Shown one piece after another: positions 29,305 to 44,406 of a stretch of 64,000 nt of DNA (position 1 is its first letter; each line of letters begins with the position of its first letter). The DNA lies in contig NMRA01000119.1 of assembly GCA_002633005.1 (NCBI GenBank), positions 646,228 to 710,227 on the forward strand. The letters run 5' to 3'. This DNA comes from Phoronis australis (taxonomy: Eukaryota > Animalia > Phoronida). The position numbers and the translations under genes were made by a program. The notes beneath the pieces are model-generated. The model was given only the letters and a program-made list of their open reading frames with translations. It was not told the DNA's origin and did not search any database.

Positions 29305-32300
29305 CGTTATCACCTAAAACTAAATATAAGAAGTCCATGAGAAGAACATGCAACATTCCTATGACAGAGTGTTTACCACACAAATCCTAGTAAACAACCA
29401 TGTTTGACTAGATGCTCACCTCCTAATGTTCCAAATTTCCATGCTCACTTATACGCCCATAGTATTTTCCCTCAGTTAATGAATCCATCAAATGTTTTTT
29501 TAGCAGTGTGCTCCACAACCTGTTTTTGACTAGTCGCTGGAAAGAGTTTGAATTTTGTCTATGCAAGTTTAACTTACTTGCGTCTAATTTAAATACCAAT
29601 GCAAGGGATTTACAGTATTGGGAAATTAGTAATTTCTTAAGCAAATTAGAACATGTTGGACTCTTGGTACCAAGTCAGTGCATTTATTCCAAGACACACA
29701 AACTTCCCCACAGTATGGACATGGACATTTACACATGAATTTTGTAATTTTAGTAGAGTTTAGAATTTTTTGTTGCAGAAAACATTGGATAGGCTATCTT
29801 AATTACCAAGGATCAAAGTTCTTAAATTTAACATTTTTGGTATAAATAGTAAACCCATAAAATTATATTCATCAAAATCCTTCAAGGATCGGTATCATAT
29901 TAATGTGTTCAAAAGCGGTGCCCTGATGTTCGTAATCACCTGACTGTATTATTCTCACAAAATTGTGATTTGATACGGAGATTGATGTATTCTCCACAAA
30001 CATGATTTTTTGTAAAAAAAACTTTCAAATTCTGTTTCTTTATTTCTTGCTTAAGAGTGTCAGAGATTCTCTTAAAGGCCTTTTAAACCAAGAGCTTGGC
30101 TGATAAAAAGGACTTTCAAGGAATATTGACATCTTCCTTTTTGACAGCATAGTTCTGAAGGCCTGAAAAGAAAATCCCTGACATGCTTTTGTAACTACTA
30201 GTAATGAAATAAAAAAGAACTGGCAAATTTCATGGGAAGAAAATTATGTTATTATGGAAATTATGGTGACTTTCGAGAAGAATCGTGATTTGTTAGAAGT
30301 AAATGCAGTCACATGATTACTAGATTACTAGATTGCTAGTTTTGTACATTCCTTAGATCATCAAGGATGAAAAACAGTTAAGTCCACAAATTAATACTTA
30401 GAAAGTTATTTAAGAAGTTTGATGCTTTGTAACAAAGGTAGTCAGTACCTTAATGCAAAATATCTTCATGAATTCTCAACTCCGAAAATGAAATGAGAGT
30501 AATTCACATTTGGTTTTTAACTCACTCTGCCCAACCTGCGTTTAATTCTTGCAAATGGCTTACATGTAAATCCCTGGTTGTTAACCCAAATTGGCAGTTC
30601 AAGAAAAGCTATCCAAAGTTTTCACAAACTACGTTTAAACACTCATGCTTCAAATAAAGCTCACCATATGATGTTTGAGCTTTTCGATTTGTGTAAATGC
30701 ATGTCCATGGTGTTAACTAGAGTCTAAACTCTGCATTTGAAACTCCGATTGACCAATCACGTGGCACACTTCCAGTACACTTCCATGCTTGTAACTGAAT
30801 CGGGCAGCGTGATTGGTTAATTTTTGGGCCCTGGGCAAACGTGGTCAATGCAACAACTAGAAGAAGCTATTCACATTCTAACATTCAGACACAAAAATTC
30901 AGGTTTAACTATTCATAAACATATAATTAACGGAGTGCAAAATAACTGTGTATTGATTTTTTAATGATTTAGAAGCAAATCTTGCATGGTTTGCTTTAGC
31001 AACTAAGTATATAACAGCACACTCTTTTGACTTTATAAATTCGGTATATACGTACAAATTCTTCAGTTTGAATCCCTAAAAGCTGGGACTCTGAAATTGA
31101 TGCCGAAATTGAATATTTTGCTGTGTTTGACTATATATTGAATAGGCAAACATGTAATACAGAAACAAAAACTTGGCTGCAATAATGTAACATCTAAATA
31201 CCTGATACAATTTACTAATGGACTGACATTCACATCATACGCACGCAAATTGCATTCATTACCTAATTACAGTGCTAGAGAATTGTGATTAAAAATCTGC
31301 CATTTATTTTCAAAATATTCTTCATTTCCATTTTTATGAGAATATATTTACTGGTAAACTTTTTTTAGATAATAAGTTAATACAACTTTAAAAATTGCGA
31401 TAGATGGTAATTGGCTTTCGATGGAAAAATTACATCTTTAATCTTGAGTGAAAAAAATTCAATGACTTAAACCTGCACCCACTAAATCTAAATATGTCAG
31501 TGAAAGCACTCAAATTAGTGTTTGCATATTTCTCTGTACTAGAGAGAAATTCAGAATGATATACTTTCCTAAACCTTTTGATCAAAGAACAGTCAAAAAC
31601 AAGCAAACAATATCCTCTGACTTTGCACGACATAATTGCTGCATAATCAGAATCCCATATTTGTAACAATAACTCATTTGTTCTTATCATTCTATGGACA
31701 ATTCTCATATAGCCACTTTAAACATACATCGTTAATTGGGCTTAAGTCAAACGAAAATAACTTGCCATTCAGCATTTGTACTTCGTTGCCTGGAGAATTT
31801 TTACTTCATGGCATCCAACTGAATGGACAAAACATAGCTCCAGCTAGAAGCTAAACCCTTACCTGATTTAGAACTTAGAATATGCACACACACACAGATT
31901 GACCTATACAATGTGAGTCACTAATCTGATACAGCTTAGATTACATAATTTTCCATTAATTCCCCATGATTTGCAAGACCTAAAATTGTGTTACGATTAA
32001 CATTTTTTTCTGTTAATGCTGATAACGCCATTCATGAATCCATAAGAATTACTCAGCAATTCGCGTAATGCGTATCCGCAACCAGAAACACTAATTCATA
32101 CAATTTTGTACAAATCAATAGAGACTTGACACAAGCTTGGTTGGTGGCACTGGAGAGCCAGCAGCTAAGCTGAAACAACCCTGTACCATGCGAAAATTTC
32201 CCACAACATAAACTTTTCTCGACCTTTCTTCTCCAAGTTCCTTTAATCAGTAGTAGAAAAGTCCTGGGGCTAACTATTATAGCATTAACACCTAGATTTT

Positions 32301-32414
32301 AGTTTCAGACAGATCTAAGGGTCTCTTAATATGATTCTTTACTTTGCCAGACAGAAATATCATTGAAGTTGCCGAAATTTTGACGTCCAATTTAAATTTG
32401 CTGACTACACCCTT

Positions 32415-33580
32415 AAACAAGAGCAACGCAGAGCCTTGAAATGTGCCCACGAATGCACTGCAAATGAAGTGCTTCTAGAGTTGCTCATTCCAATCATAAA
32501 AATGGCCACTAGATGGTGCAACACGTCCAACAAAGGAAAGCCGAAAAAATGAAATTCCCACCAGACGACACAGCGTCCGCTTCGTCTACTGTTAGCTTCA
32601 TATAAATACACTTACTAAATTTAATAAAGATCCTGCAATTATGGGTTTAGGCGATACACCTATGGCCACAAAACAAAAACACCACTAGGAGGTGCCACAG
32701 TAACCGAAGTTGTCAGTGTAACCGTCCTCTTCACACTGAGTACACGCCAAATTTCAAAATCATCCTTAATAACGGTTTGGTTGATAGAGGAGTGGATGCC
32801 AAAAAACAGACTCAAAAACAGTAAACATGACAACTAGGTGGCGCAAAATACCTCAAATTCATATGAAAATGGGAGGATAGCGTAACCACAACAATACATG
32901 CCTATATTCCAAATTTTATGAAACTCTGCTGAGGACCTTTGACTCTACAGAATAAACATAAAAAACTAATAAAATTGCCACTGAGGGGACACTGGTGGTC
33001 AGATCTGTGCGAAAGTTGCCGTCGTTTGCTGTCAAAACCACATAAATACACTTGCTAAATTTAGTAAAGATCCTGCAAACTGTTTAGGACATACAGCCAT
33101 GGGCGCAAAAAACACAAAACTGCCACGAGGAGGTGCCATAGTAGTCGAAGTCATCGGAAAATCATCAGCCATCCTCTTCATGGTAAGAACATACATGCCA
33201 ATTTTCACAATCATCCTTAGAGTGGTAAAAATGGCCACTAGGTGGCGCAAACTACATCAAAACCATCCGAAAATGAGAGGATAGTTTCATCTCACTAACA
33301 GATGCCTATACTCCAAATTTTATGAAACTACGTTGAGGACTTCCGAAGATACAGAGGTACGCGTAAAAAACTAAAACTGGCACTAGGGGTACACCGATAG
33401 TCGGAAAAGTCCGAAATTCGTCGTCATTCGTCGTCAGCTTCATAGGAACACAACCGCCAAATCACATCAAGATCCTGTGAAGGGTTTAGGAGATAGATGA
33501 GGACGTCGAAAGCCAGACGCCCCGACAGACAGAGATGATGGCAATATGCGACCACATATAAATATGTGGGCGCATAAAAA
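32415..33580 (+). mobile_element. Same Helentron/HINE-like family, full-length copy closely related to 2478-4122
   Basis: AAACAAGAGCAACGCAGAGC...TGCCCACGAATGCAC start; GACAGACAGAGATGA and CCACATATAAATATGTGGGCGCATAAAA end. Confidence 0.75.
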
Positions 33581-35861
33581 TGGACAATTTTCACAAATGG
33601 CAACATTTTGAAGCAACCACAACCAAGTCTCACCAATTTAGGGAACAAAATGGCAGAGATTTTCATTTTATCATAGGTGACAGATGTAATTCTCACTTTC
33701 CGATGATACCAAAGATAATTGCTTCTATTTTCAAGTTCTGTACTATGGCTACCTGTCCAGGCCTTCACAATAATGTTAAAAGCTTTTGAAAACGAAATAA
33801 AAAATTTTGGCGATATTTTGAGAACATCTCAAATGGGTGAGGTTTTATCATAAAACTGTTTTCATTGATGATTAATTTTCTTTTGATTTTCATCACAACC
33901 TCCTTCATAACTTTTAAGATCGCCACAATTTTCTTTATGTAGGACCTTCTGAATTTGTTCGTGTAATTAGCCTATACCAACACATCATTTTTGGACACTC
34001 AAAATTAATTAAAATAGAATGACTTCATTCTTGGACGAATCTCGCGGGACAAGATTTTTGTGGTGTCTGAATTTGGCGGACCTCCAAAATCTGCCTTTTC
34101 ACTGTTGTCCGAATTCGGTGAACAGTAAATCTAACTCACAATTGGAAATATTTATTCTTGTCATAAAATAGCACGCCATCCGAAAATGGCGAGACTAAAT
34201 TACAGTAGGCCAAGGAATTTTTACTCAATTAAAGAATGTACTTTCTGAAGGCAGAATGCCTTGTACAATTTGATTTTTGACTTTATAAAATTACCCAGTA
34301 TTAATTAGGTCACCAGACCACGTTTTAATTTGTTAAAATATAGAAAAAAAAGAAGGTACATCCATGGCCAAATAATTTTGTTTGATATCAATGTTCAAGA
34401 TCAAATCTCAAAAATGCTGTTACACCTTTCTAAATTATCATTTTGTTTTATGCAACTTTTGATATTTTCATAAAAATCTTAAAAGTCCTATATTTTGATA
34501 ATCGCCTCGTGCAAAAGTGTAAAATCTAAAAAAAACAATTCTTAAACCCTTTGTAGACATAAGTGCATAAAGCACGGTTTCTGAAAATTTCATATGAATC
34601 CAAACAGCCAATGCTGAAATAAGATGTTATGAAGTTAGCCAAATTTGGACGTTTTTCGAGGGTCCTACATAACCTTAAAATTATAAGTTACTGTATAATT
34701 CAATATATTCACAGTAACAACACCTACAGCTACATAAATTTTATCAGTAATTAACTGCAAATAATTGAACAAGTTTGAATAGTGACAACAAAAACTTTCT
34801 AAACAGGCTCATGTTTTAGAAGGAACATTAGAAATTATTCAAGTTGAAGATGGCAGACGACAGTTCCCGCTGAAGTGAATGAACTCCGTGAAACACCTTG
34901 CTGCATTTATTCAAACATTGTTGATACTTGCCACAAGATCTTTTGCATTAAAATTAAAGAGAAACAACCCATTGTGAAAGTTCAGAGCAGAACTGTCAAG
35001 TTGATATTTAAACCTTTAGTTTCTGCAATTATTTGATGCTATTGGACATTCACATAGTACAGTATACTGTGAACTGAGTCATTGGACCTCCCTACAGGAA
35101 CACATGAGAGAGACTACCTAGTTAGGCACACAGCCACTTACATCACTAACCCATGTTTACAAACTCAGCTGTTAAGCATAAAAGCTAATCTCAAGCGGAC
35201 ACAGATGGAAACATTTGATTTAACCCAGGGGTATAATTCCTGACTCATCACAAAATTAACTCTTGAGACAGCAATGCTAGAATCACAGGTCATATGAATA
35301 ATGAACTGCTGGGAACTCACTAATATAAGAAATGAAGGCAATGTTTCAGCGGACATTAATTTATTACATTTTGATTAAATTCCATTTTAGCTAGTCTTGA
35401 TCTTGCAACATCAATAGTGTCGTTTAAAGAGGCCATTAATCTGCATTCCACTACCAAAACCAACTTTTCAATGAGACCACTTACCATTTTATAATTGGTA
35501 AAAACTATTTCTTATTCAATTAGGGAGTTTTTTTCATGAAACGTTTTTGGTCTAAACTCAGACACAAATCAGGCTGATTTAAGACCAAACTTTCTTAGCC
35601 CCATTTCATGAAAGTCGGTTTTAAAGATTAAAGTAAAGACTGAAAGTTAGTGTGTTAAGAAGTTACAGTATCACATTTTTTGACTAAACGACTAAAAATT
35701 ACTGACTGTAAGCTTTTGAGGAACAATTTCATGATACTTTTTGTGATATTTTACAACCTAAAGACTCTAAACAATTTCAAACTGAAAATGATCTGCTTTC
35801 GATTTGAGAACCGACAAAGCACTATACTGTAGAGACAATGCAATATGACTTGTTAGCACAT

Positions 35862-35989
35862 CTGGGCTGAGTTGCATAAAGCTTCAAAAGTTATCCACAG
35901 GTGCATTGTTCAACAATAGCAACGTGACGCGTGATAATGCGACGTAATTGTTGCTGTACGGTGTTTAACTTTTATGCAACTGGGCCCTG
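35862..35989. mobile_element. Short MITE
   Basis: CTGGGCTGAGTTGCATAAA ... TTTATGCAACTGGGCCCTG imperfect TIRs. Confidence 0.6.
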
Positions 35990-38230
35990 AAGTGATATTT
36001 TCCTGCCATAGCTGACTTTCTAAGGTAAAGGAGACCCCAATTACAACTACCGGTATGGGTCTACAATGTTGTAAAAAGATCCCCATTTAGTTTCAAGACA
36101 ATGATTATTCTTGAAAGTGGATTTCTCACATCGCCAGGCTTAGTTTTGTGAATTCCCAACAGGTGGCGGCAAAAGCAAAGTTAGTATTAGAAGCATGCTC
36201 ACCTAAGGTGAAAACCCACCTAATTTCAGTCTAATTCAGATCAAAGACCAAACAGCAACTTTGTGCTTATGAAATTTTTTTTTTGAACTGTCATCTTTAG
36301 TCTTGAATTTAACCCAAATTTCGGTCTTGAACCAATGTTTAGTCTTAAACCCGAAGTCACGTTTCATGAAACAAAGTCTAGAGCTTCGAAGGAACTGACG
36401 GTTATTGATTGAGATCAGGTACCAAGTTAGTTTTTCACGGAATGTCAGTTTACGCAGTGAGCATGGTCTCAACTATCAGTTATAATTTGCAAACTCAAAA
36501 ACCACCTCTGTCTGAGTAAGGAACAAGTAGACAATGTTATGCTCAGCAAATGGTCTCAATCAAAAGTTCACTTACTGGATGGAAGGCTGGTTTTAACCAT
36601 TATTATAAACATTTATTTTTTGGTCAATAAGGGAGAAGCAGCCACAATTGTTGATGATTGCCATGCCATGCCATTCCATGGTCAGTTTACACTAGTTTTG
36701 TGCCCATGTGGCAAAGGGAATTAAAATCTGAAAACATGTTAATCCCGACCTCAAATCATCTTCAAGATGTCAAATTTCCAACTTTGAAAGGACGTCAGCG
36801 AAATGACACTTGTGAGATGTTGATTTTGTATCGGCGATGTCGCAACCTTAATACAGCCAAATATCGACGTGGTACTGACGTCGGATGCCTACTGGATTAT
36901 AGCTTAACCCTCCCCCAAGAAATGTTAACTGTGATGGTCTCTCATTGATTAATGCTGCATTTTGTCCTGATCACTTGTAAAATATCGTATCTCAGAAACG
37001 GCCCTTTTAGTCCCGTTTAGACATCAACTTTTGGCCCGGCGCAACTGACACGGAGCAAATTGACCCATGTCAAGCGGCCGCTTACACACACAACTCACTA
37101 ACCGTGGCAAGACGGAAATTAAAGGCTGGAGAGACTGGATCGCACATGCGCAGGTTTACAAATGACGAGAGTTGCAGAGACAAAGAACCCGTACATAGGT
37201 CATTGCACAAGCGCAGTAGAGATGATCCTTTCCGCCTTACTCCAGTTTCGCATTTAGACTTATAATTGACACGGCGCAAGATGTTCGGGCGCAAATTACT
37301 CTACCTCACAAACGGGTGGCAAAAATTTGTCACCGCAGTATCAATTTGCACTGTGTCAGTCCATTGACACACTGGAACAACTTGTTCCGTGTCAGCTGAT
37401 CTGTGTCAACTTTGTAAGTGTAAACGGCACTTTTGATTTATGTGAAATTTTCAGCTATAATGCTTCATGCACCATTCCCAAAAAAGCTAGGAATTATTTT
37501 AAAAATGTTCCACTTTTGCTTGAGGAACAACCAAAAAGTAGTAGTTTCATGATTTTCATGAAAAATCTTTAACGTTGATGAAACGAAAATGAAATATTTT
37601 AGAAAACTGTAAAACCGTTTTTGATATCTCATCTTGAACATTTATTTGCGAAAAAAAATTGATCGTGTGATTGATATCGTTGATTTGCTATCAATGTGCC
37701 TTTCGTTTTTGCTTTAAGTTTTATTAAAAGAACATGGTCACGCGACCCAATTAATAAGAGTTTGCTAAAAAGTCAAAATTCCGCAGCCTTTCTACTTTCA
37801 GGAAATATGTACTTTTAATGAGTGAAAATTTATACTTTTCTTGATATTTCATGTTAAACGCACAAACTTGACGATAGTCCTGCATCACTTTAAACACATT
37901 CCGAGGTTGGTTTTAACCGAAGAGCCACAACCAACAGCTGATCTACTTATCATCTTTGAATTTCAGGTTTGACCAACCCCAAATAGTCACCAATTAGTAG
38001 TTAGTCACAATAGCGTCACATTAAACTTGGACAAAAGTTCAGAAAGAACACCACTTTATTGCAACAAAACCAAAATAATTCGGGCAAGAAACTAATCCCT
38101 GTTTAGCAAAGTCTGGCAGAGTTCTAAAGCTAAACGGGTTCAAGTCCACTTTCAACTTAACACCCAGCTCCCTACCAGGACTTCACGTGAATGTAAACCC
38201 AAACTTATCAAAAATTCATTTTTAAATCTA

Positions 38231-38664
38231 AAGATGCTGAGGTTGGCCAACAGTGAGATATATCAAATAAACACAGTAACAAGATCAGGAACCCCAACTG
38301 GGAATTGAACCACAGGTCTCCAAATTGCTGGTCTAGTGCTCTCACCACTGTGCTACTGAGGATGTGATATCTGTGAGATTACTGTTTGCAGCAACTGTTA
38401 CCTCATCCCCCCAGGGAGTGTCATTTTGCCTTTTTCACACCAGATTTGGACAATTACATAATCAGCAATTTACCAGTATGTGTTAATTAGATATAGTAAA
38501 TATACAGACACTGAGGTTGGACAGATGGTGAGATTTATCAAACACAGCAAAATCAGGAACCTCAACTGGGAATCGAACCACAGGTCTCTAGATTAGGGTC
38601 TGGTGGTAAGAGCACCGTAATCTAGAGACCTGTGGCTCGATTCCCAGTTGGGGTTCCTGATTTT
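38231..38664. repeat. tRNA-derived repeat cluster with a direct repeat and a fold-back palindrome
   Basis: tRNA-like unit on the minus strand at 38287-38361; a second copy at 38505-38595 inverted against 38618-38664. Confidence 0.75.
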
Positions 38665-40289
38665 TCTGTGCTCTCATTTTTAAATGGCCATGCTTAACAC
38701 CCAGTGCAGCTCTATTTGGCTGGTTACCACCATGAACACAACAGGTGTTACATGCAATCAAATGTATGACAACAGTGTACTGGGCACCCAAACGATCAAT
38801 AACTTGACACTGCAACAACACCAGACATCGCAGAAAAGAAGAAAACCAATACAAGTGCTATGACTGCTAATAGTATGTTTTCTGAAGTAATCAATCAAAC
38901 AGGTCACATGTTGAGTTTTTGGTGTACATGCATTCGACCTGAGGTTAATGTTTCATGCCATGATGAATCATTGAGATACACCAGCAAATTAATACCAGCT
39001 CTCCTTTATAACGTAACTACTCTGGCATATCTAGTATGCCGTTAGGGGTCTGTTCCCCACTGCCAACCCCCAACCCCAGCCACAATCCTGAAGGAAAAAG
39101 TCTGTTTCGGTTGCGTATGCTGGGGGAGCAGGGGCACAATGCATTGTGTAATAAAGACTAGTGCAAGATGGTGATCACATGATGGTAAATGGAAATGAAA
39201 GTTAAAATTCAAACAAGATAGCGTAGAAATAATCAAATACTATTTCATTTAAATTAAAGTAACATAATTTGTTCAATTCACTTTTAACAGAATTACTCAA
39301 AAACTTTCTCCAATATTGTCCCATCACACGGTGTCAGCATCAAACACGCAGTATGAGTCTTGACTTTCATCGTAAAGATTCGGTAAAAAATTAATTATAC
39401 AACTACTATTAAGTATTCATTAAATATATAAACATCAAACCTGTACAAAATGTTGTTTTAATCCCACATTCATCTTAAAAAGCTCCTACGGTAAAATCTC
39501 ATCAATTTGTATGACAGATTACGGTGGACGAACAAATTATTTTTAAAAAATTCATGACACAAAAAACACCAAAAAAAAATTCATCGCTTTTAAGTTTTAA
39601 ACCTTAGCTACCAAAAAATTTCGAGAAATTGTGAGCCAACACAACAATGTTAGAGGTCTACAAATTGGAAAGAGATCAGTTTTGGCAATTTGTTTTGTCC
39701 GAAACTGGTGAGGTTTTACCTCAAATAGAAAATTTGAAAACATTGAAATATTGCAGCAAGATGAAATGTTCTTCATTCTAATCTTATATCAGTGAGTTTA
39801 AAAAGTAATTACCTGGAACACTCAGACTGAAAAGCTCCAACTTCTAAGTCAAAACATTTGAGCCCCAAGTGGAGAAATCATTTCACATCAGCCACATCTC
39901 ATGGTAGACACAGTGACAAGCTCAGTAATTTACGCCACAAACCAATGACAAGGGAGACTAACACAGGTGATTAATTAATAACAAGTTTTAACATCATCTT
40001 CCAAAGCAGGTGGATGCTCTTCACTCTCAAGGGACTCCAGTGACCTCAGAGCTGACTTACTGAACCGAGTTCATTAATTTGTGAAAGCTGCATGGAGCCA
40101 GCAAAGCGTGATAACTTGACTCAGGCAATGGGTGCTGTATCAATTTCCAATAGACGCCAGGCAGTTCCCAGACTAGTATATTGATTAGTTGATTTAGGTG
40201 AGCACAGTACATCCCATCTCAAGCAATTACACCCCTTTAGGTACATCAGCTGAGCTGATAAGGAGCAATTTCAGGCACTGGCTAATCCG

Positions 40290-40865
40290 ACAATGATGTA
40301 TCAGTTGATGACAATAATGATGATGAGACGATGATGAGATGACAATGATTATGATGACAATGAGGAATATGGTGACAAAAACAACACTGAAGGTAATAAT
40401 AAACTTGACAACGACAATGAAGGTGATATACAATCAGACCTTTTGTAACAATGATTTTCCTTCCATTTTATAAACAAAGATTTTCTGCCACCTGGTTTAA
40501 AACTAACTAAAGGTTTCATTGTCAGTCTCCATTTGCTCTGGACCACAATCTTTCATCAAACATTTGAACAGTAATTATATATTACTAAGGTTTTCAGAGA
40601 AAACCGATGATGACGAATGCGATTATGATGGCGACAAAGAAGACGATAGAGAGGATGACGTTGTATGACTGGGTGGTGAGAAAAATGACAATGATGACAT
40701 CCCTTGGTAATGTTGTCAATGATGACAATGAAATTGGGAGAAATAATGGTGAAGCTGGTAATGACAGTGATGGTATATCAGTGGGTGATGACGATAACAA
40801 TGATTGTTTCCGACTTCCTTTCACAGTACATAACACAACAAGATGGGACAGTGTGAACAACAACC
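40290..40865. repeat. Degenerate (GAT/GAC/AAT)n low-complexity tracts
   Basis: Runs of GATGAC/AATGAT; source of spurious Ile/Met/Asp-rich ORFs. Confidence 0.75.
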
Positions 40866-43800
40866 AACTTAATTTATATTCTTGGAAAATAAAATGAACA
40901 ATAGTTCACCTAGTTTAGGCTTAACTGTAATACCAAACCGATTTCTCAGAACTTCCGAGCCCATCGTAACTTAGGGCTAGTGAGAGACAGAACCGGGTAA
41001 CTCTGGCCAAAACATGCACAATCCGACAACATAAATAGGATTCTCGCTGGGATTGTAACAAGTGTTTCTTTGCTCCCGCTCCACTTTAGCCAATTGTGTC
41101 AAAATACTAGAGACCGTAGTGAGAACTAACTCTGTGTGTGACAGGATCCATGGTGTTGAATACGTTGGGTAACACACAAAAGCAATGAAATCCAGCAAGT
41201 GATCCAATTTATACGTTTAGTTGCCATAAGTTTGAATTTCTGTTAGAGTAAAATGACAAGAGAATCTGAGTCACAAATAAGACTTTATAAAACTACTATT
41301 AAAAGTACACATGCCCAGATCAAGATCAGAAAGAAAGCACAGCCCTTCTGCAACTAACGTTTATAACAGTTGAGACAAAAACATGACTTGAAATGCCCTA
41401 TGATTTAATAAAAGTTCATGGTTATTACCAAGTAATTCAATCTCTACACGACTGTTCAATACAAACAAGATTAAACCTTCGTCAAGCATAAAGTAACATT
41501 ATGCTTTCAACCATAAGACACCACAAATTTCAATACTAACATAATTTGGACAGCAACTCTTCGAAGATTTAAGGGGTGAAATTGGCAGTGAGAGGTATGT
41601 GTTAAATTGGTGATGATGAGAGGGGAATGGAATTGTAGACAACTGGAGAGATGAAATCTGCCATGCCTATGTTCAGGCAAACTTACATCACATGCCCCCC
41701 TTCCCAAAAACAGCCATTCCCATATATATCTCCATTTTAGTGTGTAGGCTGGTGAAAAATGATCACTAGGATGACGATGAGTGATAATCACTAGTGAAAA
41801 ATCGCTTTCAATCATTATTTACTGCTTAGTAATAAGAAATCATATAAATTATCATGATTGGCGACAAACCTTACACGAAAAATAGTATCAATCGGTTAGT
41901 ATGAATCATTTATACATTATATACCATCCGTATGAATCCATAGCAATTAAATGAATTCATATAACAATCTTTACGACAAATTACGATTTTGTCTGTTCAA
42001 AGTGTTAGCCATCTTCGGCTGCATGAGGAAAGTTGAAGCGCTTTCACCTGGAAGTTGATATGATTTTTCACGCTCCCTCTAAGAACAGAAACTTCGGCCT
42101 GTGACATGAAAGGCGACTCTTATTGCTATCTAAGACTGCTTCACACTATACACGGAGTGTTGGAGGTTTGTGATCATGGCAATCGCAGCGGAAATAATTC
42201 AAGACATCATTTTAAACTAACATATATACAGAGTCAGCTGCTAAACTGAACCAATATCACAAGAGGCTTTACCAAAACCATGTGTTACATCTTCATGAGT
42301 GCATCCCATTCAGGCCAGCAAATTGTGTTTAGGTGATCAAAGCTGGAATTACAAGGCATACCCATGGAAATGTTTCCACCCATATACTTCAAAATAGTTC
42401 ACGAATTCCTCCAAGTTACAAGATCGAGTGCCTTGTATCAACTACACGTTGTACCTTGCCTAATTGCACATTTTTACATTTTCAAACAATGCGATCCGCC
42501 ATATGCCTTAAGGGTACATGCTAAGTGTCTTCTTGCAGGCATAAAATTAAAATCAAACGGTGTCCCTATTTTTATCTTCCTCCACCTCTTGTCACACACA
42601 CCCGTAATACAACCCTTATAGTAGACCGTTCAGGCACACATCCCTTACATTATCATCCTAATTTATACCCCACATATTCAGTTTGTCATTTTCTTGATCT
42701 CATTCCAACGTATAACTTTTTCATAATTTTCACATCCTTGGATTTGCAGATAAATATTGTCAGTTTTTAGGCATAGTGTTGTCTTTTGACTACAATAATA
42801 ATCACTTTTTTGGTCAATTAAGCATCAATGCCATCACCATTGTTTCCATACCAGGGATTTCTAAAACAGTCCCAAGATGGTCTTTCAGATGTCGCCATTT
42901 TCTCAAAGTGCCTGAGTCCCAAGAGTGTCTTTTGTAAACTTGTTTGAGACCCCACAACGCCCTTATTTATCCATGTGCTCTAAGGTGTATGTTTCAAGAG
43001 GAGGGTTTCACTTTATTAATAGCTTGACTACTGAAGTCTGGCAATGTATAGACCTAATATTGTCAAGTAACAAACGTAATGAAATACTTTAGTTACCCTT
43101 TCAGGGGCGGATCCAGGATTTGAGTTGGGGGAGAGCAGAACAGAGTATTAGCCAGGATTTTGCCCATCAGACATTCGCACCTCCTAACTGCCAAGTGGAA
43201 TCTGGGAGAATTTTAGCGGGGACATGACCCCTTGGTCCCCTTCTAAATTTGCCAATGTTTTTAAAGGTCAAATACTGAGAAAATATTGACCCCACAAGGA
43301 TTTTATCTTTAGAGAGTCTTTTTCAATTATCCTCATTAGCTACCATCACTTTCTTCACCTTCATCATAATCACAATGGTCTTTTTCATTCAATTTCTTCA
43401 AAATGTTGCCTTCTGACAGAATGTTATGCTCTGCAAGAGCAATGGCTGCCATCATCACCACTGGCAGCTGCGACAGTGCGTCATTGTCGTGATATAGATG
43501 AGGTCACTGGTATGGCAATCTGCACATAGTTACTGTTGTTGGTAACAATAACTTTTGTGTGAAAACAACTGATATCCAGAAAGCCGGCTCAACAAGGTCA
43601 GACTTATCAGTCAATAAACGTTCCTTTACTCTCAAAGTTCAGTTAAATTCAGTCCCATTACCACTGCAATTTACTTGGCAACATTCAAAAATCATACGTT
43701 GACAGTCATGCTTTCTTAAGGTCAAATTGTTTTTGGTAAGAGGGGGACAATCACATAGTGGCAGTATAGTCCTATCCAATTTATTACTAGCATGTAAACG

Positions 43801-44406
43801 ATTCCATACATAATGTTTTACTTTTAGTATACTTTATTATTTTAAAAATCAAAACGTAAATCGGTTGAGCACACAACCACTTGTATCAGTCTAGAATGTA
43901 TGAAATAAACATGAATATTAAGCCATAAATATGGCTTAACAATAAATCACTCCGCTTTGGTAACATGTTTTGACAGAGAGTGCGTTCATTGGCTTCTTTT
44001 TCTCCTGTGTGGTTTAAGCTGAAAGTCACTGCCATAACATTGCCAATCGCTGCCAATACCATTCACATTGATTGATTGGTCAGCTAACTTGTTGAATTCG
44101 TTTGAGGACGTCAGTAAAGCTCTGAAATATGTAACAGAACCAAGATATCGTACACGATTTGTACATAAGCAGCATATTACTACTTACCTCTGCGTTTCGA
44201 ACAGTTTTAGAACCTAAGAATAAGGCATCTTCGCATCATCGAAAGACTTTAAAACAGTTAAACTAAACGTTTCCACAACAAGGAAAAGTATGCAGGCACA
44301 CAAGGCGAACCTAGCGGCAACTAAATTAACTGTTTTAACAGCACCTGGTGGTTGATTCGAAAACTACTGAACTGAATGATTTTCCCAAAAGTGTATGTTG
44401 TATGAT

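Noticed and set aside
38287-38361. Possible tRNA gene (also 18002-18065 and 21105-21170)
   Set aside because: A/B boxes are present but stems are mismatched and the units are embedded in repeats; best treated as SINE heads.
40227-40897. Hydrophobic and Asp-rich ORFs on both strands
   Set aside because: Products of degenerate GAT/GAC low-complexity DNA; no splice or homology support.
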